DNA from: Candidatus Multivoradales bacterium | GTDB lineage: Bacteria > Acidobacteriota > Thermoanaerobaculia > Multivoradales > JAHEKO01 | Assembly (NCBI GenBank): GCA_965212505.1 | Contig: OZ243123.1 | Span: 4,944,313 to 5,008,312 of the forward strand | DNA: 64,000 bases | Reading direction: 5' to 3' | Shown: one piece after another, positions 1 through 7,755 of the stretch | Numbering within the stretch: the first letter of the stretch is position 1 | How the letters are laid out: each line of letters begins with the position of its first letter | Notes under the pieces: generated by a model | What the model saw: the letters and a program-made list of their open reading frames with translations, nothing else | Database searches by the model: none | Told to the model about the DNA's origin: nothing | Program-made: the position numbers and the translations under genes

Positions 1-971
1 TCCATCACCGTCGGAAAGACGTCGATCAGCGAGGCCGGCTCACTTCGCCGCCCCGACTCGAATCCGGGTCCCCACCAGATCATCGGGATCCGTAGAACCT
101 CGTCGTACAACGTGTGACCGTGTTCGAAGCCGCCGTGATCGCGGAACTCCTCACCGTGATCGGCGGTCAGCAGCACAATGCTCCGGTCTAGGTGCCCTCG
201 TCGGCGCAGTGCCTCGAAGAGACGGCCAACCTGCTGGTCGACGAAGGCGACCTCTTCGTCGTAGGCGCCGACAAGGAACTCCCAGTCGATCTCTTCGCCC
301 GCCTTGATCTTCTGGCGTAGCGGCTTGAGATCCATCAGCTCGTGGCGCTCGTCGTCCGCCATCGGCTCGCTCCACCGGTAGCGGAAGCCCTCCGGAGCGT
401 TGTACTTGAGATGAGGGTCGAAGAAGTGGAGCAGAAGGAAGAACTCTGAGTCGCCGTACTCGTCGAGCCATTCGAGCGCTCGGTCGACCACCTGGTCGGC
501 TCGGCGGATGCGCTTTCGGTTGCCGGCGACGTGGTCGTAGGTCTGGAAGCCGCGCGCGGTGCCGAAGCTAGGGTGGGTGAAGGCGTTGTTGATCACCGCC
601 CCGGTACGCATTCCCTGGTCGGCCAGAGCTTCGGCGATGGTCGTGAGGTCCGCCCGGATCGGCAGGAAGTCTTTCCCGCCGCTGCTGTCGCTGGGCCGGG
701 CACCGGCTCGGTGCTCGGCGGGAAGCGTCCCGGTGAAAAGCGACCCGAAGGAGGGCAGCGTCCAGGGAGAGGTTGCATAGGCGTGCTCGAAGAGCACCCC
801 GTCTCGAGCGAGCCGATCGATCTCCGGGCTCGTGTCGCGCTCGTATCCGTAGGCGCCGAGGTGGTCGGCACGCAAGGTGTCGACGACGACCATGACGACC
901 GACGGCGTCTCGGCGCGAGCGCACGCCAGGCTCAGCGCGATCGCCGGAAGCACGAGGAGACGCCATTTCAT
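1..971 (-). CDS. Secreted alkaline-phosphatase-superfamily hydrolase (sulfatase/phosphodiesterase-like); C-terminus cut by window edge
   Basis: ATG at 971..969 then signal peptide MKWRLLVLPAIALSLACARA. Motifs VVVDTLRADHLGAYG, ATSPWTLPSFGSLFTG and LLTADHGEEF read directly. Frame open to position 1 (absent from ORF track because no stop in window). No C-x-P-x-R formylglycine motif, so not a classical sulfatase. Confidence 0.6.
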   Translation of the reverse strand, partial: MKWRLLVLPAIALSLACARAETPSVVMVVVDTLRADHLGAYGYERDTSPEIDRLARDGVLFEHAYATSPWTLPSFGSLFTGTLPAEHRAGARPSDSSGGKDFLPIRADLTTIAEALADQGMRTGAVINNAFTHPSFGTARGFQTYDHVAGNRKRIRRADQVVDRALEWLDEYGDSEFFLLLHFFDPHLKYNAPEGFRYRWSEPMADDERHELMDLKPLRQKIKAGEEIDWEFLVGAYDEEVAFVDQQVGRLFEALRRRGHLDRSIVLLTADHGEEFRDHGGFEHGHTLYDEVLRIPMIWWGPGFESGRRSEPASLIDVFPTVM

Positions 972-1075
972 CGTTGGCGCTTCCGGAGGTTGTTCGGCGG
1001 GTGGTTCCTCATGGAGCGGCTCGCCGCCTGAGTACCACGGCGGCGGTCGGGTCGGCAACTCGCCGCCCCCTCGAC

Positions 1076-2680
1076 CTAGCGTCGTACGAGCGTGTATCCA
1101 GCCGAGCCGCGCCACGCCTGCCACATGTCGCCGCGCTTTTGCTCGGTGACGCAGTGGAGTCGATCGGAGCCGTCGAGGCGACAGCGATCGCGATACCGAA
1201 TCCACCCGCGCTCACGATCCTCTTCGTCGTGGAGCTCGTAGCCCTCTGGATAGGTGACGACGTACTCGCGCACGAAGCCGTCCTCCTGTGGCCGGAAGGT
1301 CGACTCGTAGAGGAAGTCGTTGCGCAGTTGGTAGCCGAGCGCGACGACCTCTCCGGTCCGCGGGTTGTACGTGACGAGGTTGTCGAGAATGCGCGCGCCG
1401 AAGTCGTCGTCCGGTACACCTTCGTAGAAGCGCAAGAGCTTCCGTTGGGGGTCGGCCCAGTCGAAGCGGAAGGTGGCGCTCGAAGCCAGCCATGGGTTGG
1501 CCCGAACCGCCTCGCTCTCCGGCGCCATGCCCCAGCTGCCGATGAAAGGCTCGAAGAAGCCCAACGGATTGTCGAGCTCGAGTTCGAGCTCCTCGAGAGC
1601 TCGTGTAGCTCGCTGATTCTCGGGGTCGAGGGCCAGGGCTCGATCGTATTCGCGCTGTGCCGAGGCCGGGCGACCGGCTCCTTCGTAGGCGCGACCCAGG
1701 CTGAGCGCAGATGTCGAACTGTCAGGGTGGTTGGTCGCGTTGCGTTTCAACAGGGCGACGGCGCTGTCGTGAGCTCCCATCTTCTGCATCTGGAACCCGA
1801 TCATCTCGATACCGTCGCGTGTTTCGACGTCGGGCTGCGCGCGCCGGAACGCCTCGTAGCTCCACATCACCGCCGAGGGGTCGGTGCGCTGTTGGTAGAG
1901 AGCCTCCAGGTGGCTCTGCAGGGGGCTGCGCTCGAACTCGGGCGGAGCGAACCAGGAGTCGGGCAGGTCGACGTTGGCTTCGACGCTGCCCCACTGGATG
2001 CTCGACTGCGGTTCACCCGTCGCGATGACGGTCTCCTCGTAGCGGTGTGCGATGAGTACCCCGGCAATCTCGCGATAGTCGCCGACGCGTGTTTCGGTGG
2101 TGATCGGATCGCCGAAGGCGTGGAAGGGCGCGGTCTTGCGTTGGGCGATGACGAGGTACGACTCTCGGTCGAAGAAATACTCCTGCTCGAATCCGTCACG
2201 GAGCGTCACGTGGAGCCGGTGCGCCGGCCGATCGCCGATCTCCTCGGGCTCACCTAGCCGGATGGCCGTGCCCTTCTCTCGGTAGTCGAGGAAGTGCCCT
2301 TCGAGGTCGGCGCCGTGACGCGAGGCGGCCGACGCCGCGCCCACGGTTCGAATGACGATGCCCGGATCGGCGAACCACTCCCAGGCGGAGCCGTCCCACC
2401 CTTCCATGAAGCCCCAGGAGGGGCTCTCCGGGTTGCCGACCACCTTGACGTGCGGTCGGCCGAGCGCCATGTAGGCGTCTCCGGCGCCAGTGAAGGCAGC
2501 CTCCTGGTAGAGACCCTGGCTATAGACGATGTTCCGCAGGGCACGCAACGCGGCCGCGCCGCCACGAGCCTCGATGTGTCGGTCGACGATCTGGTCGACG
2601 GTGAGCGCTGTCTCGGCGGTGAGGAGGCTCGGGATCAGGCAAACGAGTCCCAACACTACGACTCGGGTAGTTCTCTTCAT
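1076..2680 (-). CDS. Secreted hypothetical protein with TPR-like region
   Basis: Track ORF 1076..3010 trimmed to internal ATG at 2680 giving signal peptide MKRTTRVVVLGLVCLIPSLLTAETA. The upstream N-terminal extension is low-complexity. TPR-like helices (…SLGRAYEGAGRPASAQREYDRALALDPEN…). Confidence 0.6.
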   Translation of the reverse strand: MKRTTRVVVLGLVCLIPSLLTAETALTVDQIVDRHIEARGGAAALRALRNIVYSQGLYQEAAFTGAGDAYMALGRPHVKVVGNPESPSWGFMEGWDGSAWEWFADPGIVIRTVGAASAASRHGADLEGHFLDYREKGTAIRLGEPEEIGDRPAHRLHVTLRDGFEQEYFFDRESYLVIAQRKTAPFHAFGDPITTETRVGDYREIAGVLIAHRYEETVIATGEPQSSIQWGSVEANVDLPDSWFAPPEFERSPLQSHLEALYQQRTDPSAVMWSYEAFRRAQPDVETRDGIEMIGFQMQKMGAHDSAVALLKRNATNHPDSSTSALSLGRAYEGAGRPASAQREYDRALALDPENQRATRALEELELELDNPLGFFEPFIGSWGMAPESEAVRANPWLASSATFRFDWADPQRKLLRFYEGVPDDDFGARILDNLVTYNPRTGEVVALGYQLRNDFLYESTFRPQEDGFVREYVVTYPEGYELHDEEDRERGWIRYRDRCRLDGSDRLHCVTEQKRGDMWQAWRGSAGYTLVRR

Positions 2681-2780
2681 GCGTCCTGATACGTCCGGGA
2701 CGCACGATGGTTGGCTCGCGCTGAATGTTCGCGTCGGCGCCCGGGGGGGAGATGTCCCCGGGCGCACGATACGCCCTCGG

Positions 2781-4208
2781 CTACTCAGGCGGGAGACAGA
2801 CGTTTGTGCCTGGCGAGAAGCCGAAATCCTCGCCGACGTCTTTGGCGCACACCAGATCGTCGACGCAGTCCGAGTCGTTTCTGCAGTTCCCTTGACCGGC
2901 CCCACAGAGACCGCACTCGCGGCAGAACGCCTTGGCTCCCGGCACGACGGTTGTGCAGGGAGCCGCGAAGAACTCGGGGTCGTAGAGGTAGCGAATGCCG
3001 GCGAGATCATCGTCGCCCAGCGAGGCGCCTCGTGGGTCGACCAGACTGGCGCGCATCACCGCGTCGGACAGGAGTTCACTGCGACTGCAAGACGGTGCGC
3101 GGGCACCGCCGCACGAGTGGCCCAGACCCAGAGTGTGCCCGAGCTCGTGGGTGTAGACGTGCTCGAAGAGGGTCTCGGCGATGTCCGGAAACTCCTCGAC
3201 GAGGCAGCCGAGACCGTCGTTCATCACGATGTCCGCTTCGATGATCACGGCAACTCGAACGACGCCCTTCCAGTCTTGGGATTCGCTCGCTGTATTCGAG
3301 AATCCGCCCGCGGCGAGGACGCCGCCTTCGTCGCAGTCGTAGTCGCGGCCGATGAGTTCGTTGAGATCGCTGAAGAGAATGGTGGTCTTGCCGTCGGGGC
3401 GGAGCAGGCCGCCGTTGGCCGAGGTCTTACCGCCGTTGAGCAGCCGAACGGGAGTACCGCTCTGCTTGCGGCTCCAGGCCTGGCGCGCCTTTCGGAAGGC
3501 GACCGCACCGTTTTTGGTCAACCCGGGCTGACCGTCCTGGTGGCGGGACCATTTGAGCTTTCGCCCAGTGTCGAAGCGGAACCAGCGCGACGTACGCCCG
3601 AGGAGGGTGAACTTCGGCTCGATCGCTCTGAGTCGAGGAAGGACGTAGTCGGCCGTTCGCTCGATGCCCTGGCTTCGATCTCGAATCCAGCCTGCAAAGC
3701 GCTCACCGTCCCTCACGTCGGTCGGCTCGGGAGCACCGGCCTTGCGCTTCAGAAAGACGGCTCCCTCCGAGTCGACGAAGGGTCGGTGGAGGGTGCGCTC
3801 GCCGTCGAGTCGTTGCGCGAGGAAGAGCCCCTGATTGAGATGGAGAATCTGGTAGCTGCCATCCGGTCGAGCGGCGAGAAAGAGGAGGTACTCGCGGCCC
3901 GCGATGAGTGGGGGAATTCCGAAGACTCGAGCCTCGGCTCCGCTCGAGGGATCCACTCCGCCGGGAGCCCGCAACACGAGCCGCCCCTCGCGGGCGGCGC
4001 CCTTGAGCACCTCGGTGACGGCGGCGGGGGTATCGGTCGCGATGGCACCTCGGACTCTGTTCGACGAGGAGGCGCCGACGTTGGCCCAGACGATGAGGTC
4101 GGCGCTGTCGACGAGCGCCTCGTCCGAGACGACGACATAGGTCAGAGCCGAAGCGATGCCGGAACCGAGGAAGAGGCAGAGGAAGAGAACTGCGCTAGGA
4201 CGAAACAT
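2781..4208 (-). CDS. Secreted matrixin-like (M10 metzincin) zinc metalloprotease with Cys-rich C-terminal domain
   Basis: Signal peptide MFRPSAVLFLCLFLGSGIASA. Extended zinc-binding motif HELGHTLGLGHS (HExxHxxGxxH+S) and a cysteine-rich tail. Confidence 0.7.
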   Translation of the reverse strand: MFRPSAVLFLCLFLGSGIASALTYVVVSDEALVDSADLIVWANVGASSSNRVRGAIATDTPAAVTEVLKGAAREGRLVLRAPGGVDPSSGAEARVFGIPPLIAGREYLLFLAARPDGSYQILHLNQGLFLAQRLDGERTLHRPFVDSEGAVFLKRKAGAPEPTDVRDGERFAGWIRDRSQGIERTADYVLPRLRAIEPKFTLLGRTSRWFRFDTGRKLKWSRHQDGQPGLTKNGAVAFRKARQAWSRKQSGTPVRLLNGGKTSANGGLLRPDGKTTILFSDLNELIGRDYDCDEGGVLAAGGFSNTASESQDWKGVVRVAVIIEADIVMNDGLGCLVEEFPDIAETLFEHVYTHELGHTLGLGHSCGGARAPSCSRSELLSDAVMRASLVDPRGASLGDDDLAGIRYLYDPEFFAAPCTTVVPGAKAFCRECGLCGAGQGNCRNDSDCVDDLVCAKDVGEDFGFSPGTNVCLPPE

Positions 4209-4217
4209 GACGGACTC

Positions 4218-5531
4218 CTAGTTCTCGATGGGTGTGAGTACGACGGTCGTGAAACGGCCAACCTCGCCGGTGACGGTGACGACGATCTGGCCGCGATCGT
4301 TGAGCGCCAGCGCCTCGAACGCCTGCAGGTCGACGCCGGCCGCGTCGAGAAACGCCTGCACCGGTCGGAGTCCGAAGGCGGGGTCGAAGAGGAAGGGCAC
4401 CGACAGGTTGCTGCCGATGGCCATGTTCCCGAGCACTGCTGAGTTCTCGTTCATGGCCACGAGGTCGAGATCGTCGAAGCCGTCGTGTTCCTGATTCCGG
4501 GCCATCCGCGTGAAACGCCTGGGCTTGACCCTGCGCTCGGTCCCTCCCGGGCGGGTGGGTCGGATGTAGAGGATGTCGCTGCGTCGCTCGCTCTTCTTCG
4601 AGGCGAGCCCGCCGATGTCTCCGTTGTCGGTGAGGAAGGCGGAGAACGCCTGGATCGTCTTGGCGATCTCGAACGTTTCCACTCCGCCGGATGGGGTCCA
4701 GTAGGCGGGCACGAGGAGGTTGTCCTCGGTGAACAGCGAAACCGGCAGCTCGCCTCGGGAGTTGGGCTGACCGACAAAAAGAACGAGTGGGCCGACGTCT
4801 CCGAAGCTCAATATCTCGCCGCTGTCTCTCACGACGAGCGTCTCGAGACGGTTGACGAATCCGCCGAGCGGTAGGGGGCGCTCGGTGCCGAGGATCCGGC
4901 GAAACACGAGATCACCGTTGTCGTTGAACCCCTCCAGGGCGGCCTTCTCCAGCCGCGGGTCGAGAGGGCGAAGGTCTTCCCAGCCGATGTCCGGTGTGTA
5001 GAGGAGGGTCGCCTTACCCTTGCCGCCGAAGACCTGCCCGAGATTGTTCAAGCCGTTGATGATCAGGCGGTTTCCCTGCTCGGGTAGCCCGTTCTCCAAG
5101 TCGCTCAGACCTCCCTCGTCCGAGAAGAGAAAGGCTCCGCTGAGTCTGCCGTTGCTGTTGACGCGCCAGCCAGCGACGTCGCCACGTTCGTTGATGAACA
5201 GGGCGAGGGTCCTCAGGGTCCCCTCCGGATCGAATGTCAACGTTTCGCCGTCTGGCGAATGCCGGAACCCGACGACCTGCCCAAATCGGTTCTGTGCCCG
5301 GCCGGCGACCTGCCCGCTCTCGTTGATGGCCACTCCGGTCACCGTGGGCAGCTCGATGTCGCCAACGGTGACGGAGGGGAGGACCGCCACTTCGTATCTG
5401 GGCACCTTGCCGGCCCGTGCCGAGCCGCCGATCGCTAGACAGCCGATGAGCGCGGCGGATAGAAAAAGGTCTCTCCGACGGGCGGAGCGGTGCGTGTGCG
5501 CGGACTTCTGGTCGGTGAAAGATTCCCTCAT
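4218..5531 (-). CDS. Tat-secreted HAF-family-like extracellular repeat protein
   Basis: Twin-arginine motif SARRRDLFLSAALIGCLAIGG. Start chosen at ATG 5531 (GGGAG upstream); alternative ATG 5567. Seven or more repeats of the type INESGQVAG / INERGDVAGW / LNNLGQVFG / FNDNGDLVF / LNDRGQIVV and a GAFLF motif resemble the HAF repeat. Confidence 0.5.
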   Translation of the reverse strand: MRESFTDQKSAHTHRSARRRDLFLSAALIGCLAIGGSARAGKVPRYEVAVLPSVTVGDIELPTVTGVAINESGQVAGRAQNRFGQVVGFRHSPDGETLTFDPEGTLRTLALFINERGDVAGWRVNSNGRLSGAFLFSDEGGLSDLENGLPEQGNRLIINGLNNLGQVFGGKGKATLLYTPDIGWEDLRPLDPRLEKAALEGFNDNGDLVFRRILGTERPLPLGGFVNRLETLVVRDSGEILSFGDVGPLVLFVGQPNSRGELPVSLFTEDNLLVPAYWTPSGGVETFEIAKTIQAFSAFLTDNGDIGGLASKKSERRSDILYIRPTRPGGTERRVKPRRFTRMARNQEHDGFDDLDLVAMNENSAVLGNMAIGSNLSVPFLFDPAFGLRPVQAFLDAAGVDLQAFEALALNDRGQIVVTVTGEVGRFTTVVLTPIEN

Positions 5532-5594
5532 ATCGTCGTCACTCCCATCTGGTTCAGGTGCTCTCATCTGTACCTAACGGGTGTCGTTCGACCA

Positions 5595-6716
5595 TTGGTT
5601 TGGTCGGCCGTCGCGTCGACTACACTGGCAGCCGCTTTGGATCGGGCCTTTACGCAATTCGTGCTGCAGCTGGCCGACGCCGACGCCGCGCCGACGGTTC
5701 GAGATGTGGAGCGTGTTCTCGAAGCGCTCAAGCGGCTTCTCGTGCGGGAGCTGAGCCGGCGCGGCATTCTGGACAGCTCGCCTTCCTACCTGGGCGTCGT
5801 TGGCGAGTCGTGGGCGGAGGGGGGAGGCCCCGGCGCACTCAGCGAACTCGCCGAGGAGTGCTTCACCTACACCTTCGTCGAGCGACTTCAGACTCTGCGA
5901 GCGCAGGCGCAGGTGAAGCCCGACGTCGAAGGACTGGTGCGATTGAACGTGCGGCACTTCGTCTACGAGCGCCAGCGGCGAAGCGATCCGCTGGGAGCGC
6001 GTGTCTATCTCGCGTTCAAGGGTGCGGTCGAGAGCGCCATCGAGTCGGGGCGCCTGTTCCGACTTTCCGGTGCTGGGTCGCTTTCCAACGAGAACGTACT
6101 CGCCTTCCGGGTTCAGGCACTGACGGTCGCGGACGGTGAGTACATTCGCGAACAGGTCCGTCTCTGGTCACCCAAACTGTTGCCGGCGCTTGTCGTCGCT
6201 TCCGGAAGAGCTTGGACGGCGCTTCTCGGGCGACTGGTCGAGCTCATCTGCGCGCTCGAGGGCGAGGGCGTCGAGGCGTTTCGAGTGGGAGACGCCCTGC
6301 GGGAGTTCAAGTCGTCTGTGCGTGCGCACTGGGCGACGATCGTCGCTGCCGAGCTCGGCGCAACGGACGCCGGCGAGGTCCGCGTCGAGACGGAGGAGTC
6401 GGTGCTGCCCGCGCTCGGTTTTGAAGACCGCCAGGCGTTCGAGGCGCTCCGCCGCGAGGTTCGAGCTGCGCTCGGAGAGCTCGACGTCGACGAGAAGACT
6501 CGTGCCTACCTTCGCGACCTCTGGAGTTTTCTGGCCGACTCCGCCGCCTCGCCAGACCGCGAGGCGAGTCTTTCGCAGCGACGGATGGCGCGCGACGCGG
6601 GGGTCCCGCGGGGGCGTCTACCGGAACTCCTCGCGGTGCTCGCCGATCTGGTCTCTCGAGTTCGGTCGCAGCCGATTTCTCGACGGGGGCCGTTAGCCAT
6701 GGATGGAGATGAGTGA
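5595..6716 (+). CDS. Hypothetical protein, no in-frame ATG start; C-terminal segment resembles a sigma-70 region-4-like HTH
   Basis: GC3-rich frame from about 5583 to 6716. Only TTG/GTG start candidates (5595, 5637, 5661), none with a good RBS. C-terminus …LSQRRMARDAGVPRGRLPELLAVLADLVSRV resembles the EIAxxLGVSxGTVKSRL pattern of sigma region 4. Overlaps the next gene by 14 nt. Confidence 0.4.
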   Translation: MVWSAVASTTLAAALDRAFTQFVLQLADADAAPTVRDVERVLEALKRLLVRELSRRGILDSSPSYLGVVGESWAEGGGPGALSELAEECFTYTFVERLQTLRAQAQVKPDVEGLVRLNVRHFVYERQRRSDPLGARVYLAFKGAVESAIESGRLFRLSGAGSLSNENVLAFRVQALTVADGEYIREQVRLWSPKLLPALVVASGRAWTALLGRLVELICALEGEGVEAFRVGDALREFKSSVRAHWATIVAAELGATDAGEVRVETEESVLPALGFEDRQAFEALRREVRAALGELDVDEKTRAYLRDLWSFLADSAASPDREASLSQRRMARDAGVPRGRLPELLAVLADLVSRVRSQPISRRGPLAMDGDE

Positions 6717-7755
6717 CGTGAACGACTCGGCCGAGAAGTTGCTCCGAGCGAGCGTGACAGCGAGCGACAAGCTCGCCCGCCTGGCCGTGGTCGCTCCAGA
6801 GGTGGGCGATCTCTTCGTGCTCGAGGCAACTCGGGAGCAGCCGGTGCAATGGCTGCTCGTCGACCGGCGCGGGGAGTTGGATCTCGTGGCTCCGGTCGAC
6901 AGCTGCCCGTACCTGTCGACGACGGACGTTCGCGTGGAGGAGTCGACCACGCAGACACCTCTGGTGGCGCGGACCGCTTCCGCGACCTGGATTCCGCGAG
7001 GCTCCCTGACTCGCGACGGATGGTGCGGTCGGCTTGCGAAGGACGGCCTGGATGCTGTCTGCTCGCTGCGCCGAGAGATTGGTGAGCGCTCTGTCGAGTC
7101 GACTCCGCAAGACACGGTCGTGGCGAGCGAGTTGCGCGGATGGATCGAGCGGGTGGTGTCACCCGCATGTGACGCGCTCCCACGGGTCGAAGAGCGGCGC
7201 TCGCCACGTTACGCGCAGATGGCCTCTGCCGCACTGGTGCTCGTGGCGATCGGTCTGACGGGTCTCCTGCTTCGAGAGCGAGGCAGGGTAGAGCGGCTGC
7301 TGGCCGAGCGGGCCGGTTCCGAGAGCGTCGTCGAGTTGGGTGCGCCGAAGGAAGCCTCCGAGGCGCCGCCGCCGACTCGGGCGGCGGCGGAGGCCGTTCG
7401 CGCGGTGCCGTTGGTTCTGCTCACGCCCTGGGAGGCCGAGCGCGGAGGTCCGAGCGCCTTCCGAGCCGCAGCCGAGGAGCCGTCGCTCTTTGTGGCTCTC
7501 CAGCTCGATCCGCTGCGGTTGGTAGACCGCTACACGGTGCAGGTGGAGGAGCTGGCGACCGGGCTGGAGGTTTGGAGCGGTGGCGACTTCCGTCGCGAGG
7601 GTCGACTTCGAATCGACCTTTCGATTCCTGCTTCCTTGGTTCGGGCTGGCGAGTACCGGATTGTTCTCTACCCGGACGACGAGGGCGAGGTAGAGCGCGT
7701 GTCGTTCGGTGAGTATCGGTTCTCGGTGGCAGTCAACGGGTCGCGGGCGCCGTAG
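6703..7755 (+). CDS. Single-pass membrane protein, hypothetical (anti-sigma-like topology)
   Basis: ATG at 6703 overlaps the stop of the preceding gene (ATGGATGGAGATGAGTGA). One predicted TM (RYAQMASAALVLVAIGLTGLLL) near the middle. GC3-rich throughout. The 3' end overlaps the convergent CHAT gene by 88 nt. Confidence 0.45.
   Translation: MEMSDVNDSAEKLLRASVTASDKLARLAVVAPEVGDLFVLEATREQPVQWLLVDRRGELDLVAPVDSCPYLSTTDVRVEESTTQTPLVARTASATWIPRGSLTRDGWCGRLAKDGLDAVCSLRREIGERSVESTPQDTVVASELRGWIERVVSPACDALPRVEERRSPRYAQMASAALVLVAIGLTGLLLRERGRVERLLAERAGSESVVELGAPKEASEAPPPTRAAAEAVRAVPLVLLTPWEAERGGPSAFRAAAEEPSLFVALQLDPLRLVDRYTVQVEELATGLEVWSGGDFRREGRLRIDLSIPASLVRAGEYRIVLYPDDEGEVERVSFGEYRFSVAVNGSRAP

Noticed and set aside
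1-971. Calling the partial first gene an arylsulfatase
   Set aside because: The formylglycine-generating C/S-x-P-x-R motif is absent, so it is annotated generically as an AP-superfamily hydrolase.
974-4442. Long plus-strand ORFs 974..2257 (427 aa) and 2529..4442 (637 aa)
   Set aside because: They are antisense to the well-supported secreted TPR and matrixin genes. Translations are Arg/Gly/Ala/Leu-rich with no motifs: the typical high-GC antisense artefact.
5490-5594. 5' extension of gene A back to the ATG at 5490 (MRVRGLLVGERF…)
   Set aside because: It would overlap the divergent HAF-repeat gene start (5531/5567) by 40-80 nt. The extension translation is not protein-like, so a shorter TTG/GTG start is assumed.
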